Both the position numbers and the translations under genes were made by a program. Under the pieces are notes generated by a model. The model had not been told where the DNA came from. It was given only the letters and a program-made list of their open reading frames with translations, and searched no databases. A DNA stretch of 20,000 nt from Catajapyx aquilonaris (Eukaryota): positions 49,599 through 69,598 of the forward strand of contig KZ538449.1 in assembly GCA_000934665.2 (NCBI GenBank). Reading direction: 5' to 3'. Below, piece after piece: positions 9,763 through 19,547 of the stretch (positions are counted from its first letter, which is position 1; every line of letters starts with the position of its first letter).

Positions 9763-10680
9763 TAAAGGTCATTCAAATGAAAACGAGCCAAGGTCATAAG
9801 CAAACTCCCAAATGGGTTTCTCAGGACATCATCTACACCAAATGGTGGTACAGTACCACTGTAGTGTTATGACTCACTTGGTATTTCGGTCTTGTGACAC
9901 AATGGCAGTGTCCGTTTGTTCAGGATCCTCTGCCAAAAAGACAGTCCAGTCAGAGATGGAAGCATATGTTGAGCAGCGAGCTGTAATAAGTTTTTTTAAC
10001 TTCAGAAGGGGCCACATTTTCTTCTCCCACAATGAATGAAATGGTGAACTTCCTTATAATACCACAGGAAATGCTCCAAGAGGACACCCATGTGAATGTC
10101 TTTCTGCACAGGTTCCGAATTGTGTGGCACCCACTGTAGGTCTTTCTGTACAGTACTCCAGACGATCCTGAATAATGGTGTGGACACACTCTCAACACTG
10201 ATTCCAGCTTTTATGGCAAGCACTTCCACTGTGATTCTTCTGTCTTTTGAATGTGGCTGTCAACTACTGCTAAGGAAACATTGGTGATCACACAGTTTGC
10301 TTGCCCTGGCCTGGAATCATCAGTCAACAATGACTGCCCCTCTGGGACCCACCCCATTCTTAAGCACATGACAGAGACATGCAGTTTTCATATACGATAC
10401 TCGTGCCACATTGAATTTCTGTACTCCCGACACCTTTCATGGTTAAAAAACATGCTGCTGCTCGCTGCTCAGCATTTCATGCTCTTATATGACTGGCTGG
10501 TCTTTTTGACAGGGGGGTCGTGAACAAAGGCACACTGTACGTCACTGTATCACATTATCTAATTGCCAACTGTCAGTGGGTGGTAATGCTACAGCAATAC
10601 CACTTTCATTTTGTGCCACAAGAAACCCATCTGAAAACATGCTATATGACCATGTCTCATTTGCGTTTGAATGACTCGTA
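9763..10680. mobile_element. mariner derivative with two inverted 5' ends and a transposase remnant
   Basis: TA-flanked ends (TAAAGGTCATTCAAATGAAAACGAG vs, reverse-complemented, TACGAGTCATTCAAACGCAAATGAG); ~250-bp arms each running into the EQRA..F transposase start. Confidence 0.8.
10030..10470 (-). pseudogene. mariner transposase N-terminal (HTH) pseudogene fragment
   Basis: Frameshifted motifs EQRA, DDSRPG, DRRITVEVLAIKAGISVESV, WVPH on the minus strand; no DDD catalytic domain. Confidence 0.75.
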
Positions 10681-11394
10681 TACAAATGGTCACTCTCAAT
10701 CAATGGTGGGTTACCAGTGATGGCCAAGGACTTTCCCCTGGCCATCTCATATGACCAGTATAATATAGTATATCTTCTGGTGACTGCTCAGGCCATGCAG
10801 AGAATATAATGAAATGGTGATGATGAAAACTATGACAAGAACACACACACACACATACAAAAAATTATAGAGTGTAAATACACAAAGGTATATATCAAGA
10901 CAATGTAGACAAATATGGACCCTCAGGTTGACGGCCATCCCACCAAGATGTCAGTTGCATCCTCGAGATCAGACGGCTCTCTACTGACGGAAGCGATGGA
11001 ACTGGGGCAAGGAAAACCGTCATAAGTTTATAAGGTGGTGTTTTATAATATTCTAAATTTATAATGTCCAAATTGTTTTTAAATGGTTTGCACAATAATA
11101 TAAATCCTTGATATTGCTAAAGCACCACTCTTTCCTGATTTTTTGATTTTTGATTAGACGATGCAGAGAGCAAGAATGTTTTTCATTCAAAGGCAAAATG
11201 TGAGGGCGGTTCGATAATATACTTATCTATCTGAGTATGAAAGAGGAGAGATGCATGCCTGAACTTATGCATACATCTGCATACATGTCTTGGGGTGACT
11301 CATACCAAATCACAGCTCAGTGGGTTGTTTTAGCTGTGAGTGGCAGGATGTCAGATGAGAATACTTGCCTCTCAGTACTTAAAAAAATAAAAAA

Positions 11395-11453
11395 TCCAAA
11401 AAATCTGAAACACTTCCAGTCCTAAGCACTTTAGATAAAGGATTCTCCACCTG
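11395..11453. mobile_element. pogo/Tigger-type terminal remnant
   Basis: aaatctgaaacacttccagtcctaagcactttagataaaggattctccacctg resembles, from memory, the Tigger4-like right end; partner end not found. Confidence 0.45.
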
Positions 11454-11627
11454 AATTATAACCAAGGGCAACCACATGAGCAAGTAGCTATCTAGGTAGG
11501 GCTTTGTAAAGGTATAAAAGTAATTTAAAATTTGGGATGATTTAATTTAATAATTTGAGTTTGTCTTGTGGAATATTGCTGGATTAATGGAAGTGATTTT
11601 GTTGACTGCAAACAAATCAGACTTACT

Positions 11628-12283
11628 TAGTCCTGGACCTAAGCGCAAAAATCAGACCTAACTCTGCACTTTGTGATAAGAAAGGTGCCACTTGGCAATC
11701 ATGTTCCCCAGGCCTATAAGAGCCATTTGAGAGTTGGCATCACCTAATCGGCCCCTTATGTCACAAGTTATGCGGTGTTGCCTACCTGGTCCAGGACCTA
11801 AGCGTTTTAACGCGGCACTTTGTGATAAGAAGGTGCCACTTGGCAGACACGTTCTCAAAGCCTATAGGAGTTATTTGACATATTGCGCCACCTGTTCGGC
11901 CCCTTAGGTCACAAGATATGCGGTGTTGCCAAGAAGGCCAACGCATGAGGCTCAAAACATGGAAATGCCCTAAAGGCCGGATAAAACAGCATGAAAATGG
12001 CAGAAAATGATACACATCCACTCCGCCGATGTATTACAAGGTAATGAGGTGACACCTGTCCATAACGGACCCTGAGTGTAGTGAACACCTGTCAATTGTG
12101 GAATTTTCTGGAAACTTGGGTATATGCAGAGGACATGCAATGTTTATTTTTTAAATTTTTACATACAGGACTGATTAGGTGGCACCATATCTCAAATGGC
12201 TCCGATATGCCTAGAGAACATGTCTACCAAGTGGCACCGTCTTATCACAAAGTGTTGAGTTAAAACGCTTAGGGCCCGGACTA
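11628..12283. mobile_element. MITE with long TIRs and tandemly duplicated left arm (Academ-like termini)
   Basis: TAGTCC...GGACTA ends, candidate 3-bp TSD ACT (11625-11627, 12284-12286); left arm present twice (~11628-11782, ~11787-11930); inverted right arm ~12170-12283. Confidence 0.75.
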
Positions 12284-12704
12284 ACTGGTTTGATGTTGGG
12301 GCGGTATGGCACAGTACTGTTCATAAAGTATGGTACGACTCCAGCATGTTTTTAGCAGTCATCCTGAAGTCCGGGAAAAGGGAATGAAAATAAAATAAAA
12401 AAGAGAAGATAAAAACAAAGCAAAGTAGGAAAATTTTAGGGGGGAAATTCACATCAAATCTACATAAGAATTGCACCTAGTTGAACATTTTGGTAATTAA
12501 AATATTCATTTAAAAATCGGGATGGGTCATACAAGTCACCAGAGGTCCAGAAAAGGTTGTCCATAGGGTTTCTTTGAAATAAGGTTGGGAATAATGCTGG
12601 ATAATAATCAGGATGAACATTTCGTCCATGGAGTTGTACCATTATTTATGAACGAGACTGTACAGGTACTTCCAATTTTACGCCATTTTGTTTTATGCTG
12701 TTTA

Positions 12705-13198
12705 CCGAAGCAGTGGTAGCGGAGGGGATATGGTATCCGACTGCTAATCGGGAGGTCCTGGGTTCGAATCCCGGTGGCCGCCGACCCTGACCGTGGTTTT
12801 CTGTGGTTTCCCATGGTCTCACCAGGAAAATTCCGGGGTCGTGTCCGTAATTATAGGCCACAGCCGCTTCCTTCCGTCCCTATCCCATCCCCATATACGA
12901 GAAGTAAAAACGAAAGGGGGCGGCATGGTGGTCTAGCAGCTACGCCGGTGGCCAGCCAAGCGGGAGGCCGGGGTTCAAATCCCGTCCCCGTCACCTCTGC
13001 TTGGCTGGGTCTTTTTCCGCTTTTCACCCGACATGCCGGGGCAGAATTGCACTCCCTATCTGCCCGGGGCCAGTAGAAAAGGCCTGGTGTTTTTCACAAG
13101 TCAGAAATGACTCAAAAATTACAGCGCCCTCCCTAGGGAACCTCCCCTTCCCCCCTAAGAGGGCCCATGGCTCTAGCACGGGGTACAAATTATTATTA

Positions 13199-13242
<44 letters not shown>

Positions 13243-13667
13243 TTATTTTATTTATTTTTTAGATATACCCCGTGCTAGAGCCATGGGCTCTCTTAGGGGA
13301 GTGGAATACCACTATGTGCAGGGATAGGGTGGAGATAGGAGGGGGGGACACTGGTGCATGTGCAATGTCATCAAGTTGGGGGTCGTGTGCAGTCCCTCAG
13401 GGGGCCCGTTCGCCAAGATGCGAGTTAGAAACTCCCGACTAACCCGCACCTCCTCCAGGACAGGGAAAGGAAGGAAGCGGCTGTGGCCTATTTTACGGTA
13501 CGATCCCGGAAATTATTCCTGGGGTGACCTTGGAAAACCACAGAAAACCAAGGTCAGGACCGCCGGCCTCCGGGACTCGAACCCAGGACCTCCCGATTAG
13601 CAGTCGGATACCATATCCACTCCACCACTACTGCTTCGGTTTATTATTATTATTATTATTGTTGTTG
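12705..13667 (+). mobile_element. Dimeric tRNA-derived SINE (two Pol III heads) whose (TTA)n tail is split by a nested SINE
   Basis: 17-bp TSD TTGTTTTATGCTGTTTA (12688-12704, 13668-13684); B boxes GGTTCGAATCC (~12761) and GGTTCAAATCC (~12972); A-rich linker ~12895-12915; tail pieces 13189-~13240 and 13641-13667. Confidence 0.8.
13241..13640 (-). mobile_element. Full-length tRNA-derived SINE nested antisense in the tail of the previous SINE
   Basis: Head nearly identical to 12705-12880; 3' end CCCCTAAGAGAGCCCATGGCTCTAGCACGGGGTA then A-rich tail; left boundary blurred within (TTA)n. Confidence 0.85.
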
Positions 13668-13764
13668 TTGTTTTATGCTGTTTAACATTAATTCCGGTTT
13701 AAAAGTGACATTTGAGAAAAAAACCTGATCTGAAAATTGTGACTAGTTTGAAAATAAAACAATA

Positions 13765-14498
13765 CAGTGCGCCCGCTTATTTGGACTACATGGGGGCTAT
13801 GGCATTTTGGCCCAATAAAGCGGGGGTTCCATTAACCGGGGTTCATGTGAAACAACGGGGGCAGGGGGGGGGAGTGCAAAAAATTAGACTGCACTACCAG
13901 CTTTAATCCTCAAAAATGATTGCGCAACAGGTGAAGGTATAATCGTCATATAAAAGTGACTGTGTCATGCAAATGTCATGGAAGTGCAAAGTACTGTACG
14001 AGTGTACAGTAATGTTGTAGTACTCACTCCGCTGTAAAAATGGTCTAGTAACACCTGCCGGGTTCTTGTTTTTGACTTCATGTTAACAAAGTCTGCGCAG
14101 GTGTCGAGTGCAGTCACAGTACCGCCATCATTCCCTACTCGCATAAAAAATTGTCTTAAAATAGCCACAGAATTCCACGCTTCTCTGGCTGTCACTGGAA
14201 TAGGCGCAGGTGTTTCATCCTCCTCCTTTTAGTACTTGGCCGCCACTTGATCAATAATGGCATGTTCCACCCTGGATGCACTACTGTAAATGACTTTGGA
14301 ATGGTCCCTAATCACAAGCCCTACAGGTGTTATGTGCAGTACAGTAGTATAGCATTATAGCAACCAAACTGGTCCGACTAACCGGGGAAATTACCAGCTA
14401 TGCAGGAAAAAATTACATTGATGATCCGGTCCTGACGATTCGGTCCAAAAATGCAGGGACCCCGATAAACCGGGGCACCATTGAAACGGGGCGCATTG
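13765..14498 (-). mobile_element. pogo/Tigger internal-deletion derivative retaining the transposase C-terminus
   Basis: TA|CAGTGCGCCCGC ... CGGGGCGCATTG|TA; minus strand reads KEEDETPAPIPVTAREAWNSVAILRQFF...RQVLLDHFY, typical of pogo/Tigger C-termini; in-frame stop just upstream. Confidence 0.75.
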
Positions 14499-14591
14499 TA
14501 TAAGCAAAAACATATCACTGCAACACTTGTAAGTCCAAACATACTGCAGTACAGGCTCTTTTGTTTTTTGTGGCGTGTGTGACAGGTTATA

Positions 14592-15163
14592 CAGGGTGGT
14601 CGGTAAATGGCGGACAAGCTTCAGGTAGCGAGATTCCTTGTGAAAAACCAGTATGTGGAAGTGAAGGTCATATTGCTCTACAAGGCCCGGTTAGGGCTCA
14701 CGAGGTCTCCAAAGTTTGGACCAAATCATGACGTCACATCCGCCCGCAAAATTTAAACAATACCGTATCGCTTCAGTACACGGTTTGTTGCCATGTTGAC
14801 ATCCCCCACATTTTCACCAAACAATGGAACCGTATAAACTCCCTCGGACGTTGCCAGGCACGCGGAGACGACGGTATGGCAATGCCTGGCAACGTCCCAG
14901 CCAGTTTATACGGTTCCATTGTTGTGTGGAAATGTGGGGGATGTCAACTTGGCAACCCCTGGCAACGCACTGCGGACAATAGCGATACGGTAGTGTTTGA
15001 ATTTCGCGGGCGGATGTGACGTCATGATTGGGCCCAAACTTTGGAGACCTCGTGAGCCCTAACCAGGCCTCCTAGAGCAATATATGACCTTCACTTCCAT
15101 ATACTGGTTTTTCACAAGGAATCTCGCTACCTGAAGCTTGTCCGCCATTTACCGACCACCCTG
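14592..15163. mobile_element. Young Tc1/mariner-type fold-back MITE (~280-bp arms, ~20-nt loop)
   Basis: TA|CAGGGTGGTCGGTAAATGGCGGACAAGCTTCAGGTAGCGAGATTCCTTGTGAAAAACCAGTAT and its exact reverse complement ending CACCCTG|TA; complementarity continues to GGACGTTGCCAGGCA/TGCCTGGCAACGTCC. Confidence 0.95.
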
Positions 15164-15974
15164 TATAGATATAAATAATGCAGTGCTGCATTATTGATCT
15201 CTGCACTCCCTGAAGTACTGCAACTGTTATTACAATACACTATGGATACTGTAGTTCCTGCCAAAGAAGGGAAAGGAGCCTCAGTACCCGATGACCCTCA
15301 ACCTGGACCCTCCCATAAAATGTGTGCAAAGAATGTTTCAAATATTCGGCATTAAAAACAGCAATACTATATTACTGTCTGTGAGATAATTGGAAATTCT
15401 GGAACCTATCTCATTCACTTACATTAGAATTTTGTCTCGTTTTACCCTGATTCACTTTATGCCTCTGTGTCCCGGGCATAAAATGGGTAGTATGTATTGT
15501 AGTGGTTAGTGACAAGGGGTGACAACCCCTTTCACTACTGACAATGAGATCTCGAGTTTGATCTCCATGTTAGAGATTTTGTAATGTGGAAACAGTTTTT
15601 ATGGGTTTTCTTGGTATTTGCATGTTTTTTTTGGGAGGATTATCCCTTTTCCTACCATGCTCAAAATCCATCTTCATTTTGTATGAACAAATCAAGTTGG
15701 GAATTAACCCTCTGAGGGTGACGTGCCTCATATGAGGTCCTGTGGGTTTTTGAACTGGGCACGCTAGAGTTTAGACAGAAATGGTGTAATTTGAGGCTCA
15801 AACTGTTCCTTACCACCTCGTGGAAGGGGGCTCAACGACCATGCCGTATGCTAATCAGTGTTTCTGCCTCCCAGCGTGAGCTAATACTACCCCCTCCCGC
15901 GGCGTAATTACAGGGTGTCCCATAAGTCGGGACTCTTAGGAATTTCTCATAGTACAGTGTTTTAGTATTATTTT

Positions 15975-16337
15975 TTATTTGTTTATTTTTATTTTTATTT
16001 TATTTTACCCCGTGATGTCCCTTATGGGAGCTATAGGGGGGTGGCATACCACCATCAGTTTTCTGTATATATTTTCAGCTTCATTCTCCGGTGCAAGGAA
16101 ACAGGGACAATGGGAAAGGATAGGGATTTTTGGGGAGGGAACATGGGTGCAAGGTGCAATGTCGTAGCTATGGGTCATGTGCTGTTCCCCAGGAGGTTAG
16201 GTTGCCAGACACCTCGTTGGTGCAGGTCAGAGACCCTCCTGACTCTGGTGAAAGGAAAGTTCCCCATGCGGGGATCGAACCTGGGACCTTTCACTCAGCA
16301 AGCCGAGACGTTACCATCTCGGCCACCACACCTCCCC
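15975..16337 (-). mobile_element. tRNA-derived SINE, third head type
   Basis: 16-bp TSD GTTTTAGTATTATTTT (15959-15974, 16338-16353); A box TGGCCGAGATGG, B box GGTTCGATCCC; body shared with the 13241-13640 SINE; A-rich tail. Confidence 0.9.
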
Positions 16338-16419
16338 GTTTTAGTATTATTTTGTAACCATAGTAACAATTTTACAGTCACTTCAAAAATTTAAATAAAT
16401 TTAATAACATTTAAAGTTA

Positions 16420-16970
16420 CAGTAAAACTTCTATAAGTTGAATCTCCATGGGACCGAGAAAAAACTTCGAGTTATAGAAGTTTGGAATTTTTAAAGCACA
16501 TAACTCTGTAAGGAAGCCTACCTTTATATGCAGCGACGAAACGTGTTCAAAACTTGAAAATAACTGTCACTATCACACTTACAATGTTCCTCGTTATTTT
16601 GGTGTAAAAAAAATCTCTGTTATGGACATTTGCCTAATCTTAGATTCAAGGATTCAATTGTCACAATCGAGTCGAACACTTCTTTCGGTACGTCTGGTAG
16701 ACGGAGATCAGGAAATTGAGCCTTTCTGTACATGTGGCCTACTCTTGACCCTTCGGCTGGGAAATGAGAAAATTTTCCGTACTCGCCAACATGAACTTCG
16801 ACTTAGGGGACTGGAAATGCATTGATATCCCATCGAAAGGCCCTGCCTGCACTTCGAGTTATGGAGAACTTCGGGTTAGGGAAGTTTATTTCCTATAATT
16901 TGACATTGTGACCAACCAAGCTCGTCATTTTCTTCGACTTAGGGAAGTTCGACTTATAGAAGTTTTACTG
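16420..16970. mobile_element. pogo/Tigger-type MITE
   Basis: TA|CAGTAAAACTTCTATAAGTTGAA ... TTCGACTTATAGAAGTTTTACTG|TA (22/23); repeated CTTCGA(G/C)TTA subterminal motifs. Confidence 0.9.
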
Positions 16971-17257
16971 TAATTGCACATCAATTTTTTTGTGTGGAAC
17001 ACCCTGTAGATGGATTTTTTCGGCATTTTACATTTAAAAGGACCACCACAAGTTAAAATGATACATATTGGAGCATACCCTATTGTTTTTCATTAATATC
17101 ACTCTTACTACAAATTTTCATCGAGAAAATTTAAAAAACTCTGCCGTCAAAGGGTTAAAAGGTGATCCCTGATGAGGCCGCTGGTCTCTGATGGGGAAAC
17201 AAGTTATTAAATAAATTATTAATTATTACATATGTCTAACATCATCTTGCCTTACAG

Positions 17258-17446
17258 AACAATGTGGAGAATCTGAAGAGACTGACTCTTCAATGGAAGC
17301 AGGCATGCCAAGAGGGCCTGGAAAGACTTATGGGCATTCTCAATTATCATGGAAAATGCATTACCATGGAAGCTGTACTGCAGCAACTACGTATTCAAGC
17401 CAGCCATGTTGGATGGAACTCAGAGACTGAATCGTTTGAAGATTAA
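17258..17446 (+). CDS. SFR1: SFR1/MEI5-like terminal exon
   Basis: Branch-like ctaac and acceptor tcttgccttacAG (17256-17257), phase 0. NNVENLKRLTLQWKQACQEGLERL...TMEAVLQQLRIQASHVGWNSETESFED* fits the Mei5/SFR1 C-terminus (N....L..L...W...cQ..L..L; N...E.F.D end). Possible ATTAAA poly(A) signal at 17486-17491. Confidence 0.85.
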   Translation, partial: NNVENLKRLTLQWKQACQEGLERLMGILNYHGKCITMEAVLQQLRIQASHVGWNSETESFED

Positions 17447-18262
17447 ACTTTGAAGTGTAATGTTCACTTTCTTATATGTTAGCAAATTAAAATTATGTAC
17501 TAGAAAAACCCTCGCTTCGGTTGCATTTTTCTAGGGAGCAGGCCCAGAAAGCCACAGCTTGCGACCTGTGGTGGTGGAGGCCGTATTGTTAAACACTTCA
17601 GACTTAGCCAGTGATGACGCCCATGGACCGTCCGTCACCCCAAGCCGGACAGAGACCTGCACCTGTTCTATTCTGTTTCGTTCAGTGGCCTGGAATGGAA
17701 TGTTTGGAACGCGCGATGTTCTCTTGTTTTGTCGTTAATGTTTAGAATAGGAGATGCAAGCGGGGGATGGGTGGGGGGAGGAGAGTGGGTATTAGATGAA
17801 AGGGGCAGAGAGGGCTGGGGGGGGAGGGGGAGGGGGAGGGGNNNNNNNNNNNNNNNNNNNNNNNNNNNNNNNNNNNNNNNNNNNNNNNNNNNNNNNNNNN
17901 NNNNNNNNNNNNNNNNNNNNNNNNNNNNNNNNNNNNNNNNNNNNNAATAGACAGTTTTCCCTCCCACCCACCCGAGGTGCTGCCTACACCCACTGCCATG
18001 CGTAGAACGTGGGCCAATAGGCAGGGTTGGCAGCAACAATATACGGCGGACCAATCAAAGGGCATAACCATACAACGTAGGATTTTAATATTAAAGGTAT
18101 TGTGACCAAGATGTTTTATTTCATTTCGGATTCAGTCGGACAACTTCTGAACCAACCCAAACCATCCTTTCCACTGCAGCTGGGTCTGGGGCACATTCGA
18201 ATAAGTCGTCTGCCAGCCGCTCAAACCCGAGGGGGTACTCACTCGACTGTAAAGTGTACACC

Positions 18263-18324
18263 GGAGTACCAAGGAGTACCAAGGAGTACCTGGGAGTACC
18301 TAAGGAGTACCTGGGAGTACCAAG
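18263..18324. repeat. 10-11-bp minisatellite GGAGTACC(AA/TG/TAA) x6
   Basis: Direct reading of tandem units. Confidence 0.9.
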
Positions 18325-18694
18325 GATTAGACTACCCGGGAGCATCACTGAACACCTTAGGGCACTTTCAGTTCATATTCAGCCACGTATGCATTAGCAT
18401 ACCAAATATCAGTACTGTACAAGTTGCATACTGTGGTGGCGAAAAGCTGTCGGCCAGAGGGAGTGCACTACCTACTTCCCTTGCATGACGTCATTAGGCG
18501 CATCAGCCTGGAGCGGGAATATGAATTTACACGCAGTTGAATTGAGTGTTGGCAGAAACACAGGCTATAATTATTATTATGTGAAAGTGTGCCTGGACGA
18601 GCCTTTAGAGTCTGCTATTATCGAGATCTGTTATAGACGAGGTTGTTATATCCGGATTCAACCGCATCATCATCATCATCGATGATGATGATGA

Positions 18695-19317
18695 TAGTTG
18701 AAGCCGGATATAACAGCCTCGGCTATAACAGACTTTCGGTTATAACAGACTGGAAAGGCTGGTCCCTCCATACTCCCATAAGGCCCTATGTACGAGTATT
18801 TTACTCCCGATATAAGAAACTAATTTCACCTCATCTCAACTATAACAAACCTGATTTTTTGACCCCTTGGTGGAAAAATATGCTGTAGCAAAGCACTGCA
18901 TAATGGAGTGGGGGTGATTTTCCCAACTGTCACTGATCAACCACTTGCCAAAAAGGTCAAAATCATACTTTTTCTGGTATATTTGACAAGGACGAGATGA
19001 CGTTTAAAAATGACGTTTTTTTGTTTTTGTTTTTGTCCAGCCTAAGTTATGGGTAAGCTAATTTGGCATGTTTGTGGATAGTTTAATCAATCAGTGTGCA
19101 CTATATGTGTCGGTGACCCATGTTGCATATACTCAAAGTGATCGCCTAGAACTCTATCATTTCCCAAAGCGACGGTAGTTAAAATTTCCGAACCCTGTGC
19201 AAAGCAGAAAACTTGAGTTTTCACAGCAAAAGTGGCGATTTGGCTATAACATTCATCGGTTATATAACAGACTGATTTCCTCTGTCCTCTGAAGTATGTT
19301 ATATCCTGAGCCAACTG
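18695..19317. mobile_element. pogo/Tigger-type MITE
   Basis: Left TAGTTGAAGCCGGATATAACA vs right (reverse complement) CAGTTGGCTCAGGATATAACA; repeated TATAACAG subterminal motifs; TSD degraded. Confidence 0.65.
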
Positions 19318-19547
19318 TGTTGTTGTTAGTTGATGTTATTATTGCTATTGCTATTGTGACTGTTATACCTGCACAAAAGTAATTATACAATTAAGTCGGA
19401 CCTCTACACGTTCCAAATAGTCCTAGCGGTTCACGACATATTTGCAAAGAAAACTGCATTTTATGATAGAAGCAAGCCGCTTGGCACAGCGATACTTTAG
19501 ACGATTTAGAAAATATTTGCCCGTAGCAGTCACATTGACATCCCTTA

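Larger units (their letters stand above)
15911..17006. mobile_element. Tc1/mariner-type MITE (interrupted by a SINE and a pogo MITE)
   Basis: TA|CAGGGTGTCCCA ... TGGAACACCCTG|TA (11/12 TIR match). Confidence 0.6.
15708..17154. mobile_element. piggyBac-like non-autonomous element hosting nested insertions
   Basis: TTAA|CCCTCTGAGGG ... CCGTCAAAGGG|TTAA (9/11 TIR match). Confidence 0.55.

Noticed and set aside
11628..11930. CRISPR-like or other repeat-spacer arrays (here, 18263-18324, 19548-19940)
   Set aside because: Contiguous tandem units without unique spacers; eukaryotic context; no cas genes.
12705..12780. tRNA-Ser(GCT)-like gene (anticodon arm TCCGA-CTGCTAA-TCGGG, T arm intact); also 13565-13640, 12916-12993, 16262-16337
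   Set aside because: No acceptor stem or long variable arm; followed by SINE body, tail and TSDs, so these are SINE heads.
15242..15355. Short ORF MDTVVPAKEGKGASVPDDPQPGPSHK... as an alternative SFR1 exon
   Set aside because: No good acceptor in the required phase and it would truncate the Mei5 domain; more likely TE debris.
17762..17841. G-quadruplex-prone tract downstream of SFR1
   Set aside because: Abuts an N gap (17842-17945); low-complexity sequence of uncertain accuracy with no functional evidence.
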